In this document: positions 1 through 9,900 of the stretch, in pieces
How the letters are laid out: each line of letters begins with the position of its first letter
How positions within the stretch are numbered: the first letter of the stretch is position 1
Virus record (IMG/VR): IMGVR_UViG_3300033146_003955
Coordinates: 94,813-158,812 of that record
DNA: 64,000 nucleotides
Direction: 5' to 3' (one strand)
DNA from: a virus
Made by a program: the position numbers and the translations under genes
The notes under the pieces: model-generated
Database searches by the model: none
What the model was told of the DNA's origin: nothing
The model's input: only the letters and a program-made list of their open reading frames with translations

Positions 1-12
1 AAATTTATAGAT

Positions 13-210
13 ATGGTTAATAGATTAAATAATATATCTATGAGTGGGAAAGATGAAAGTAATTTTAATATAATAAAAAAAAGAATATTACAGAAAGTAA
101 TCTTAAGTAGTAAAGACAAACAAGTTTTAAATGATTTATTAAAGGAATACCTATCAGATCATGATAGAATATCTATAGCTATGAAATATTTAAAAAAGGA
201 TGGAAAATGA
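13..210 (+). CDS. hypothetical protein (may be the 3' end of a gene starting before the window)
   Basis: ORF overlaps the next start (ATGA). Confidence 0.5.
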   Translation: MVNRLNNISMSGKDESNFNIIKKRILQKVILSSKDKQVLNDLLKEYLSDHDRISIAMKYLKKDGK

Positions 211-1133
211 AACATTTATTAATAGATGCTAACAATATCGCATCACTTAGCTTTTTCCGCGCTAAATCTATTATGATGAAAGAAATAAATTCTAAAATTG
301 ATATTGATAATGAAAAAGAATTAATTACGGAAGTTCAAAAAAATATTATAGGTTTTTCTACACATATGTTTTTTAACAAACTTCATAGTATTATGAAGTT
401 AAACAAAGGTGCTAAAGTTTATATTATTTGGGATGGTAAAGGCGGTTCTAATTGGAGAAAAAAAATTAATTCTGACTATAAAGCAAATAGGAAACATGGC
501 AATGATAGTTTCTACCCTGTATATATTAATATGATGAATAAATCAAAAGAAATTCTTAAATCTTATCCTGTTGTTCAATTTACAAAGCAAGAAGCTGAAG
601 CTGACGATTTAATTTATTCTATAGTTAAATATGTAAGTAACAACGTTGAATCAGAAGTAGCAACAAATAAATTAATTGATAAATCATATATTAACGTAGT
701 TTCTACAGATACAGATATGATACAGCTGGCACAGCAATTTTCAAATGTAGATATTTATAACCCTATAACTAAAAAAAATCAAGTAATACCAGAATACAAT
801 TATGTACTTTACAAATCTATAGTTGGTGATAAAAGCGATAATATTGTTGGCGTTCCAAGATACGGAAAAAAGAAAGGAGCAAATGCAGCGATAGCTGGTA
901 TTGATTCTATGAAAGAAGAATTTCACCCTCTTATTAAAAATAATTTATTAATTATTGATATGGCACAAAATCCTAATCAAAAAGATAATTATTCATATAT
1001 AAGTGAAATTATTAAAGGAACGAAAATAACTCTTGATATTGATAAAATTAAAAAACACTACTTTGATTTAAAATTAAAATCACTTCTTGATGGATTGGAT
1101 ACTACATCTAAACTATTAAAGAATCTTCTATAA
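207..1133 (+). CDS. 5'-3' exonuclease / flap endonuclease (T4 RNase H, T5 D15-like)
   Basis: LIDAN, WDG, YKANR, EADD, STDTD and GDKSDNIVGV (H3TH) motifs. Confidence 0.9.
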   Translation: MKHLLIDANNIASLSFFRAKSIMMKEINSKIDIDNEKELITEVQKNIIGFSTHMFFNKLHSIMKLNKGAKVYIIWDGKGGSNWRKKINSDYKANRKHGNDSFYPVYINMMNKSKEILKSYPVVQFTKQEAEADDLIYSIVKYVSNNVESEVATNKLIDKSYINVVSTDTDMIQLAQQFSNVDIYNPITKKNQVIPEYNYVLYKSIVGDKSDNIVGVPRYGKKKGANAAIAGIDSMKEEFHPLIKNNLLIIDMAQNPNQKDNYSYISEIIKGTKITLDIDKIKKHYFDLKLKSLLDGLDTTSKLLKNLL

Positions 1134-1136
1134 AAT

Positions 1137-1214
1137 ATATTTCACTCCATTTTTACTATATTTTGGTAATTATATTAAGATAATAGTATATAATAAATAA
1201 GTGGAGTAAAATAT
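1137..1214 (+). promoter_or_regulatory. RBS-sequestering hairpin with AAGATAA promoter motif in the loop
   Basis: 1137-1152 ATATTTCACTCCATTT pairs with 1199-1214 AAGTGGAGTAAAATAT (1 mismatch, 1 G-U), covering GGAG and the start codon; AAGATAA at 1177-1183. Confidence 0.6.
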
Positions 1215-1614
1215 GTTAAAAACTGTCAATTTAATTAATTTTGGAGCTTTTTTAAAAGAAGACATAATAAACGCAATAGGAGAAGAACACTCCATTTTTG
1301 TAAAACAGATAAATATAAAAAATACATCTCTCAACTTGAAAAAACACTCAACGTTTATTCAAGTACACGATCTTGTTGAACAAAATAAAGATTATTTTTC
1401 TGAAGACTTCATCGTTAATCTTCCTGGACTTCCAATATTTGCAGCAATGCTTATCGCTGAAATACATGGCTTAACTGGAGCATTCCCTAAAATAGTAGAA
1501 TGTGTTAAGGATTATAGCCAAGAAGGTATGTTCTCTGAATTTAAATATAAACGATTATACAATTTAGATAGAGAAAGAACACAATCAAGAGAAAATTATA
1601 AAAAATTTAACTAA
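1213..1614 (+). CDS. Csx15-like (CARF-related) protein
   Basis: LINF...IVNLPGLxxxAAxLxAExHGxxGxFPxIV...NLxxxRxxxR matches the Csx15 pattern; 133 aa. Confidence 0.7.
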   Translation: MLKTVNLINFGAFLKEDIINAIGEEHSIFVKQINIKNTSLNLKKHSTFIQVHDLVEQNKDYFSEDFIVNLPGLPIFAAMLIAEIHGLTGAFPKIVECVKDYSQEGMFSEFKYKRLYNLDRERTQSRENYKKFN

Positions 1615-1669
1615 TATCTCTTAATTTATATAAGATAAATAAAACTAAGTAAAAGGTAAAAACAATTAA

Positions 1670-1948
1670 ATGAATGTTGATAAATTTTTTAATGAATTAA
1701 ATGAAAAAACTTGGCGCAACGAAAAACGTTTTTTTGTAGAACGCAAATTTGACGCTTTAATTGAATACCTTCAAGAGAATAAAGAAGAAGTACTTGATGA
1801 TATAATCGATGATTTAAATGGTATGGAGAAGATGCAAACTGAAGATAAAGAAATATTTGATTATAAAGAGTTTGACAAATGGGTAAATGTATTTGCTAAA
1901 GACAATATGTCTGCTTGGCTTGAAGAAGTAGACGAAGAAGAAGAATAA
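1670..1948 (+). CDS. acidic hypothetical protein, possible head-internal protein
   Basis: N-terminal KFFNELNE; AAGATAA upstream at 1632-1638. Confidence 0.6.
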   Translation: MNVDKFFNELNEKTWRNEKRFFVERKFDALIEYLQENKEEVLDDIIDDLNGMEKMQTEDKEIFDYKEFDKWVNVFAKDNMSAWLEEVDEEEE

Positions 1949-2734
1949 ATGGATTTATCCACACTCGCAGCTTCTATAGTTAACCAACCTAAATCATCTA
2001 AAAAAGATTATCAAACTTTAATGCCTCAACAGCAGCAAACACGTTCTTATTCAGATGAACCCACTATAAACTATTCAGAATTAATTATAAATGTAACTCG
2101 ATTCAAATTTGGTAAAACTAGACTTGGTTGGACTCTTCAATATAAAATAAATTATCCTCTTAGTTCTTTTAATAGGAAAACTACAGACTTAAGACAAATA
2201 AAACAATATGCTAAAGATTACTTAGAAGCAAATACTGATAAAAAAGATTTGCCCTATATTGATATTACTAAAATAAGTGAATATTTGATTGAATATCGTT
2301 TTAATCATAAAAAATGGATTAAAGCTAATTTCAGTAGAAAACCTCATTTTATGCCTCCAACTACTTTATATTGGAAATATAAAATAGATATACCTAGAAT
2401 AATTTTTGTTAATCAAGTAGGTTCAGATTTACAAAAATTTATAGAAGAGATGTTTTATGAATATATAGATAAACGAGCCAATCTCTTGAAACATAAAGAA
2501 TTCTCCTTTGTGCAGCGAATGGTTGCAAAACTTTTCACTTTTAAGTGGGATAGAGTAAATATGAGAATGTATGCACATTTAAAATATTCTGTTATTTTAG
2601 GTTCTCTTGCTATATATATGTCCCTTTACCATAAAAAAGATGCCAATAAATATGATATTAAAAAACTTCAACGTAAAGCTTCAAATCTTGGTGATATAAA
2701 GAAACTTGATAAATATATAAAGAGGTTGAAATGA
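1949..2734 (+). CDS. hypothetical protein
   Basis: 261-aa ORF abutting its neighbours. Confidence 0.7.
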   Translation: MDLSTLAASIVNQPKSSKKDYQTLMPQQQQTRSYSDEPTINYSELIINVTRFKFGKTRLGWTLQYKINYPLSSFNRKTTDLRQIKQYAKDYLEANTDKKDLPYIDITKISEYLIEYRFNHKKWIKANFSRKPHFMPPTTLYWKYKIDIPRIIFVNQVGSDLQKFIEEMFYEYIDKRANLLKHKEFSFVQRMVAKLFTFKWDRVNMRMYAHLKYSVILGSLAIYMSLYHKKDANKYDIKKLQRKASNLGDIKKLDKYIKRLK

Positions 2735-3012
2735 TAAAATATTATAAACTTATAAAATATATTTTAGAAAATAATAAAATAGAACTTAATTTAATTGATG
2801 ATTTTTCTATAGGTAAATATTTTATATTTGATATAGATGACTTTGGGTATGACGATAAAGGTAAAAGATTAGACTATGTTGAGGCTGATGATTTAATGGA
2901 AAAAACAATGTATGATACTAAAATTAAATATAAAAATAAGAATTGGTATGTTGAAGTTGATGAAGATGTTATTGCTGTATGTCCAAAAGAGCATAAAGAA
3001 GTATTAATATAA
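2731..3012 (+). CDS. hypothetical protein
   Basis: ATGA overlap with upstream gene. Confidence 0.6.
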   Translation: MIKYYKLIKYILENNKIELNLIDDFSIGKYFIFDIDDFGYDDKGKRLDYVEADDLMEKTMYDTKIKYKNKNWYVEVDEDVIAVCPKEHKEVLI

Positions 3013-3033
3013 TTATGAATAATCTTTAAGGAG

Positions 3034-3498
3034 TTGAACCTGGCAAACAAAAAATATAAATCATCAATGTTCAATTACAGAAAAAAGTTTAAACCTAATA
3101 CGAAAAGAAATGCTGGGAATAGGGTTCAGGATATAAAAAAGAGAAGAGGTTTATATACTGAGAGTTGGGACTCAATAAGAAAACAGTGTTATCGTCGTGA
3201 TGGCTATAGATGTGTAATGTGTGGCAAAAAGGGTAAGATATCAGCTCATCATATTGTTCCTGTTCGTATCTCTCATAATAACTCTCTTACAAATTTAGTC
3301 AGTGTGTGTGATAGATGTCATAAGAGATTAGAAGAAGTAGGCTTCGCAATCCTTAGAAATGGCGGTCATCAATCAGATGTTAGACGAGTAGAACTAACAA
3401 TGATTATGGAAGCTAAACAGAAGAGGAAAGAGAAGGAAAGAAAACTTATAGCTAAAAAGAGATTAGAAGAAGGGAAAGATGTACCTAGTAACAATTGA
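3034..3498 (+). CDS. HNH endonuclease
   Basis: W..IR...RRDGYRCVMCG...HHIVP...N...NLVSVCDRCH; AAGGAG upstream. Confidence 0.9.
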   Translation: MNLANKKYKSSMFNYRKKFKPNTKRNAGNRVQDIKKRRGLYTESWDSIRKQCYRRDGYRCVMCGKKGKISAHHIVPVRISHNNSLTNLVSVCDRCHKRLEEVGFAILRNGGHQSDVRRVELTMIMEAKQKRKEKERKLIAKKRLEEGKDVPSNN

Positions 3499-3682
3499 TC
3501 CTGCAAATAATTGGTATTCAATACATAGTGGTGATAGGTACTCACAATCTTCATATATCGTCCATAAAGAAATTATTAATCTTTATGGTGTTGGTGACTT
3601 TGAGCCTGGTTCAATTATCTCACTATTTTCAGTTGAAAGATTCGATACACTGCAAAAAAAGTATAAAGTATTTCATTTCTGA
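3479..3682 (+). CDS. small hypothetical protein
   Basis: ORF overlapping HNH 3' end; IISLF motif. Confidence 0.5.
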   Translation: MYLVTIDPANNWYSIHSGDRYSQSSYIVHKEIINLYGVGDFEPGSIISLFSVERFDTLQKKYKVFHF

Positions 3683-3760
3683 AGTCTTAAAATAAATTTA
3701 CAAAAATAGATAATATTAAGGATACTCAGTAAGATAACTTTATAGATTAAAGGAGTTAAT

Positions 3761-3910
3761 ATGGGAGATACTGAGAAAAAAGCTTTGCTTAAACTTATGA
3801 AGGACATGAAAGAAGTTAAAGAAAATGTTTCATATCTTGTTGAAGCAGTAGAATTATTATTATCAATTCAAACACAAGCAATAAAAGATAATAATAACAG
3901 GAGAAGATAG
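3761..3910 (+). CDS. small coiled-coil protein, 49 aa (not in ORF track)
   Basis: AAGGAG RBS, AAGATAA at 3731-3737; MGDTEKKALLKLMKDMKEVKENVSYLVEAVELLL... Confidence 0.6.
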   Translation: MGDTEKKALLKLMKDMKEVKENVSYLVEAVELLLSIQTQAIKDNNNRRR

Positions 3911-4245
3911 TGTATGAATATACTCTAAATCAACAAATAAATTTACATGATTTAGTAAAATTAAATTTTGTTGGGGAAGTAGAATATAATGATAATGCCT
4001 TAACCATTGTTGAGAGCTGGATGTCAAGCGATGAATTTTTTACAAAGTTTAAAGATAAAAGTAGTTATTTTACTATAGACCCTGGAACACTAATAAAATT
4101 TGAAATTGTTTCTAATACTATACAGGTAATATTCTATGCTGCAGTTATGATGGAAGACGATATAACAGATGGTGGGTGGGGCACACTTACAATTATTGGT
4201 GATAAGATTAAAAAGTTTATATATATGGCAAATGAATTAGATTAA
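3910..4245 (+). CDS. hypothetical protein
   Basis: GTG start, AGGAG upstream. Confidence 0.6.
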   Translation: MYEYTLNQQINLHDLVKLNFVGEVEYNDNALTIVESWMSSDEFFTKFKDKSSYFTIDPGTLIKFEIVSNTIQVIFYAAVMMEDDITDGGWGTLTIIGDKIKKFIYMANELD

Positions 4246-4262
4246 TAAATAAGGAGATAGAT

Positions 4263-4490
4263 ATGGCTGATAAAAAAGAAGATAAAAAAAAGGGTGTATT
4301 TACAAATTATACAAAAATCCCTGTAAAAAAGCGTCCTTATTATTACGATTATAACGATACTTCAAAAGAGGAAAAAGAATTTGCAGATATGTTTTCTGAA
4401 TTGGGTTCTTTTAATGATAAATTAAAAGATGAATTAAAAAAGGATAAACCCGCTAAAATTAAAATTAAAGGTTCTAAAGACTCAGAATAG
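4263..4490 (+). CDS. hypothetical protein
   Basis: AAGGAG RBS; followed by terminator. Confidence 0.65.
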   Translation: MADKKEDKKKGVFTNYTKIPVKKRPYYYDYNDTSKEEKEFADMFSELGSFNDKLKDELKKDKPAKIKIKGSKDSE

Positions 4491-4512
4491 TATTTTTGTA
4501 TATTAACATAAT

Positions 4513-4541
4513 AAAGCTACCTTAAGGGGTAGCTTTTTTTT
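4513..4541 (+). terminator. intrinsic terminator
   Basis: AAAGCTACC...GGTAGCTTT stem followed by T-tract. Confidence 0.8.
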
Positions 4542-4575
4542 AATGATATTTTATAATATACGTAAAGATAATTAT

Positions 4576-5166
4576 ATGAATTCATTATTTAACAAATTGG
4601 TCAACACAGTAACAAAACAACAGCAAAGTAATATAATACCTTTTGCTGTTGGCAGAATATATCAATGTAGATACAGGAATTTCAAGCAAGATCCAGCTCC
4701 CTTAGTTTTAATTTTAGGCAGTAATAATTTTTATACAGTTGGTATTAATTTACATTATGTATCAGCTTTTTACCACAACATAGAAGCATGGATTATGATG
4801 ATGAGAAAGAGTAAAAAAGTTTTAACAGGGAAAATAATATATGATGTTATGAAAATGCGAATACCCATGGTTCCTAAAATTGCTTACAGGAAATACTTCA
4901 CTTCTATGTTAAGAGGAAGACTAATAAGTCAAGGTCTGTATACAGGTCCTGAAATGGCTGCGATGCAATTAGCTATGGATCCATTTGTAAGACGTTTAAA
5001 TAAAAAAATAAATGGTTCAATAGCTAGAGCGGCAGGACCAGGAAGTGAAGAATTGGCCGGAATAAGAAGTCAAATAACACAATCAAGCTATGCATCTGAT
5101 TCGCAACGTCCTTTTGCCAACAGAACACAGAAAACAGTCGTCCAATATCGACCACCAGGAGCGTAA
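4576..5166 (+). CDS. DNA end-protector-like protein (T4 gp2-like)
   Basis: GRIYxxxY...D.APLVL...GINLHY...YRKY; start placed at ATG 4576 just after AAGATAA (track start 4543). Confidence 0.55.
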   Translation: MNSLFNKLVNTVTKQQQSNIIPFAVGRIYQCRYRNFKQDPAPLVLILGSNNFYTVGINLHYVSAFYHNIEAWIMMMRKSKKVLTGKIIYDVMKMRIPMVPKIAYRKYFTSMLRGRLISQGLYTGPEMAAMQLAMDPFVRRLNKKINGSIARAAGPGSEELAGIRSQITQSSYASDSQRPFANRTQKTVVQYRPPGA

Positions 5167-5169
5167 TAG

Positions 5170-6909
5170 ATGACAAAAAAAGAGATAGAGGCATTAAAAG
5201 CTGGAGGTGCTGGAGCTAGTATGGGTATTTCCAATCGTCGTCATGATTTCAGTAAACGGGCTCCAGAAAAAGATAGTTGGCTGGATGAGAGTAGGATTCT
5301 TCCAACAACGCAGACTTGGATTCAAGTTGATTTCTTTGTAGAAACAGGAGCTGGTGATGACGAGTTACTTAAAAATTTTTATAATACAATGAGTCATCGC
5401 GAATATGGAAAGTTAACTATTCCACGGTATTATATACAAAATGCAGAGTTTGATGGTGTTCAAATTGGAGCAAGAAAGGGTTCTATAACAATTATTGATC
5501 CAGAGAACACGTGGTCTCGTGCTTTCGATTATATAGGGTATTGGAAGAATAAAAACGCTGGAAGACCAAACATGAGCATTCAATTTGGATGGGTTGATTT
5601 AAAGGCAGGTGCTGAGAGAGGAGATATGGTTCAAACAATTCCTGCTATACTCTTAAAAACTGGATTTAACATGAATGAAAATGGTATTGTGACTATAACA
5701 TTGGAATTTATAGAAAATACAGAAAGAATATTAGATATTGTTAAATTTAATAAGTTGGAAGATTTAACTTTATTAAACTCTGAGGTTAATGGAGACCTTA
5801 AAAAAATGAGTGTTAAAGAAATTTTAGAATTTGTAATAGCAACAGATGGCATTAAAGCTCAATTAGAGACTTTTGATATCCATCTAAGTTTTGATGATAC
5901 GTTTGAAATGAATGATGATAAATTTGGTGAAACGGGTGTAGATATAAAAATAAGATTAGGTGATACACTTGGTTCTAAAATAAATGAAATAATTTCTAAA
6001 GCTACTCCAGATACAACTGAAAAAGATTTTTCTGATAAAGGTTGGTTATTAGCTTCATACGTTATGAAAGATAAAGAAATAAAATATAAAACAGTAAATG
6101 GGAAAACACACTATCATTCTTATATATTGTTTGGTTGGCGTTACGCTGTTACAGATGAAGGTAGGGCCGGAAATTTAAAAAAATGGCAAATAGAAAAATA
6201 TACCATGGGAGTTGAGTCTGAGTCCGATATAGAAGAATTAAAAGGTCCAACACTGCTATGGAAAAAACAGTCAATGAATTATTCTGAGAAAACGCTTCTT
6301 ACTTTTGATGTAGATTTAAAAATGTTAGATTATGCAACGTCCATGATTAAGAGTGAATTAGATACAAAACTTTCACAGTTTAATGAAGAAGATTGGGGCA
6401 AAATCGCTGAAGTAGTACAACAAATACAAGAAAAAGGTGATACTGATGCCAAAGCGTTATTAACTATGAATCCCCAACAATTAAGTGAAAAAGCTACATC
6501 TGAAGGTAAATCTTTTGGTTTAAGTTACGACGTTGGCGCACATATTTTTGGGTGGGGAATAAGTGAAGATGACAAAGCCAGAACCCAAATAATAGATGAA
6601 TTTAATGAGGTACTTAGAAATTCTAGTAGTAATGTAACTAAAGCTATAGGCGCTATTATACACAATAACGTCTTTAAAGCTAAAGCTAAAATAATGGGTG
6701 ATCCTAGTTTTGGTACTGATTATACAATGTTTAATGTCTACTTTGATAGTGATTTTAATGGGGCAGGATCTTTTGCTGCATTCTTCACTAGGAAATGGCT
6801 TTTGACGAAGGTTTCTCACAAGATAGAAGAAGGAAGTTATTTTACTGAATTAGAAATAATGGCTCTACCAATAGAACCGCCAAAATATGCTCACGGTAAC
6901 GTGAAATAG
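5170..6909 (+). CDS. probable baseplate hub / tail protein
   Basis: C-terminal IMGDP...WLLTKVSHKI..GSYFTELE typical of hub (gpD/gp27-like) proteins; precedes tape measure gene. Confidence 0.6.
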   Translation: MTKKEIEALKAGGAGASMGISNRRHDFSKRAPEKDSWLDESRILPTTQTWIQVDFFVETGAGDDELLKNFYNTMSHREYGKLTIPRYYIQNAEFDGVQIGARKGSITIIDPENTWSRAFDYIGYWKNKNAGRPNMSIQFGWVDLKAGAERGDMVQTIPAILLKTGFNMNENGIVTITLEFIENTERILDIVKFNKLEDLTLLNSEVNGDLKKMSVKEILEFVIATDGIKAQLETFDIHLSFDDTFEMNDDKFGETGVDIKIRLGDTLGSKINEIISKATPDTTEKDFSDKGWLLASYVMKDKEIKYKTVNGKTHYHSYILFGWRYAVTDEGRAGNLKKWQIEKYTMGVESESDIEELKGPTLLWKKQSMNYSEKTLLTFDVDLKMLDYATSMIKSELDTKLSQFNEEDWGKIAEVVQQIQEKGDTDAKALLTMNPQQLSEKATSEGKSFGLSYDVGAHIFGWGISEDDKARTQIIDEFNEVLRNSSSNVTKAIGAIIHNNVFKAKAKIMGDPSFGTDYTMFNVYFDSDFNGAGSFAAFFTRKWLLTKVSHKIEEGSYFTELEIMALPIEPPKYAHGNVK

Positions 6910-6921
6910 GAGTAATATTTT

Positions 6922-9900
6922 ATGGGCACAATGAATGCCTTAAAAATGCGTTTAGATTTTCTCTTTAATACTAAAGAAGCAGTTCAAGGTGTTGCCTCCC
7001 TGACTAAAGGTTTTAACAATTTTGGTAATACTCTTGATATAATGAAAAATTTTATACCTGTTCATGATAATATGACTGGATCAATTAATCAAATTAGTGA
7101 AAATTTGAAAAACGCTGTTGAATCAGGTAAAGAATACGGTGATGTTTTAAACAACTATATTAAGAGTGGAAATAGTATTGATGGATTAGCTGGAGGGATG
7201 GAGAGATTATATGAAGCACAAATAAAAGTAGGTCAATCTATTAAAACAGCAGGACAAATAGATATTTTAACAGGAGCAGTTAATGTTCTAGACCGAGCTT
7301 ATATTAATGCAGGTAGCAGTGCTAATCAACTCCATGAAATACTTAAAGGATTTGATCCTAAAGGTGATAGATTTAATTTTGGTGATCAATTAACTGAACA
7401 AATAATTGAATTGGAAGGAAGTAATGAAAAACTTGCTAAAGAGTTTAGAGAAGTAAATAGTGCTGCGGCTGAATTTAAGAAAAACCTTAATGGTAAACAG
7501 CTGGTACAATATAGCACATTAACTATGAAACTAGCAGAAGAATTCGCACACGGTACAATTAGTGCTAAAGCATATACCAAACAATTAGAACAATTAAACC
7601 ATAGAACTACGTTTTTAAATCAGACTCTCCCTAAATTAAAAGGTCAACTAGCAGGTTTAGCTGGTGGTACTCTATCTACAATGACTACTGCTTTAGGTGC
7701 TTTACGTATCATGGATGATGCTGTAAGTGCTCAAGCTCAAACAGTAGAAACAACTCATAGATTAGCTCTTGCTAATGCTACTGTATTTGAAGGTGCAGGA
7801 GAGAATGCAAAAAGTTTTACTAAAACAGTTATGGATATGAATAAAGCCGTTCGTGATGTTGGCACTCAAACAGGTGTATCAATGACAAGAGCTGCTGAAG
7901 CCATGAATTCTTTAGCTGCAGCTAGAGTTTCAGATAATATAGACGATTTGAATGAACTGGCTATTACATCAATTAGAATGTCACAGGCTTTTGGTATATC
8001 TGAAGGAGCGGCTGCAGATTTAATGAGGCAGCTTGTTCTCGTTGGTGGTTTAGACGTGGATAGTGTAAATGCAATGGCAGAGGAAATGGCAGATGTTCAA
8101 GCGGTATTCGGACTCACAGCAGAGGAAGCGACTGAAGTTACGGCACAAGTAGGGAAAGTGATAAATAGAATGACTGCGATGGGAGCCAACTCTATTAAGA
8201 ATGCAAAAATTGTAGCGAAAGAAGTTGCTAAAATGACTACATCATTTACTAAAGCTGGTCTAAGTGCTCAAGATGCTAGTGGTATGATTGATCGTTTTAT
8301 GGATCCAACTAAATTAGAAGATAATGTTCTTCTATGGCATAGTATGGGTATATCAGTTGCTGACGGTTTAGCTATGATGACTGGTGATGCGTCTGCTATG
8401 GAAGGTATGACAGAAAAGTTAACAGCAACCGCAGTTCAATTAAAAGAACAATATGGTGGGAATGCTCTCGCTCTTCAAGCTATGGCAGAAGCTCATGGTA
8501 TGACTATACAACAAATTAATCAACTAACTAATGCCCAAGAAAGACAAAAAAATATGTCTGCTGAAGAAATTAAAAAGATGGAAGAGCAAGCAACATTAGA
8601 ATCTCAAGCAGAACAAGCACGTCAATCTATGAAAGAATCATTAACACGTTTGGCGTTTATAGGTAATGTGTTGATGCAAACATTCCTTATGCCTCTTATA
8701 GATATCCTTACACCTATTGCGTCAAAGATAGCAAAAGTTGCCCAAGGTTTTACAGAATTTACTAAGAAGTTGGGACCTTTTGGCGGAGCCATTCGTGGTA
8801 CTATGGGTTTAATTATATTATTCACTGCTTTAACTAAAACAAATTTACTTAAACTGTTAATGCCAATTGGGAAATTAGGTGAAGGTTTTGGTGGTATGTT
8901 TGGTGGTATAGCTTCAGGCGCTAAAAAGGGTATTGCAGCTTTAGGTAAATTTGTTACGTTAGCTGCTGGAAAGTTAAAAAATAAAGCATTGAGTGAAGGA
9001 TTAGGCAAACTTGGTTCAAGTATGCAGAGTGTTGCAGGTGGTGATAATAGTAAAACTATAAAAGGTGGTGCATCAAATGCAATAGGTGATAAATCTATGG
9101 ACAATGGGACTGATGCTACAAGCAAATTAAGTAAAATAAATGGTAAAGGTTTAATGCAAGTCGGCATTGGTTTAGCTGCGATTGCTGCTGCTGTTTTTTT
9201 ATTAGCTCTTGCATTTAAAGTTTTAGTTGATGTTGTTCAAAATGCATCTGGACCAGATATGATTAAAGCTGGCCTTATCATGGCTTTAATGATGGTCGGA
9301 TTAGGAGCAGCAGCTTTTGCCTTAGGTAAAATATCCGCAGTTGCTGGTCCAGAAATAATGTTACTCGGCGGAGCGATGTTAATGGTTGCGGGATCCGTCG
9401 CTATATTAGCTGGAGCTTTCTGGCTTTTAAATGAAGTAATACAGAATGACGGTGGATGGAAAACATTTGGTATAATGGCTGCAATGATGGCCATATTAGT
9501 TGTAGCTGTATTGGCTCTGGCAGCTGCTGGGACTGCTGCTGCCGTACCATTAATTACACTTGGTGGAGCTATGTTAATGATTGCAGGATCAATAGCGATA
9601 CTTGGTGCTGGTTTATTTTTAATAGGTTGGGGTTTAGATAAAATAATTCAAGCTATATCTAAGACTGGTAAAGAGTTTGCAGAAGGTGCTAAAAATATGG
9701 CTGCTGGAATTTTTTCTCTACTTATACCATTGGGCTTATTAGGTATTGTTGGTGGAGCGGCAGCTCTTGGCTTGTCATTGTTTGCTATTGCTATGGCAGT
9801 TATTGGCTTAGCCGCTATGGCTCTAGTTATGATGTTTAATGTAATAAAAGATTCTATCACAGGATTTGTAGACGGATTAAGATATATAAGTGAAAATGCC

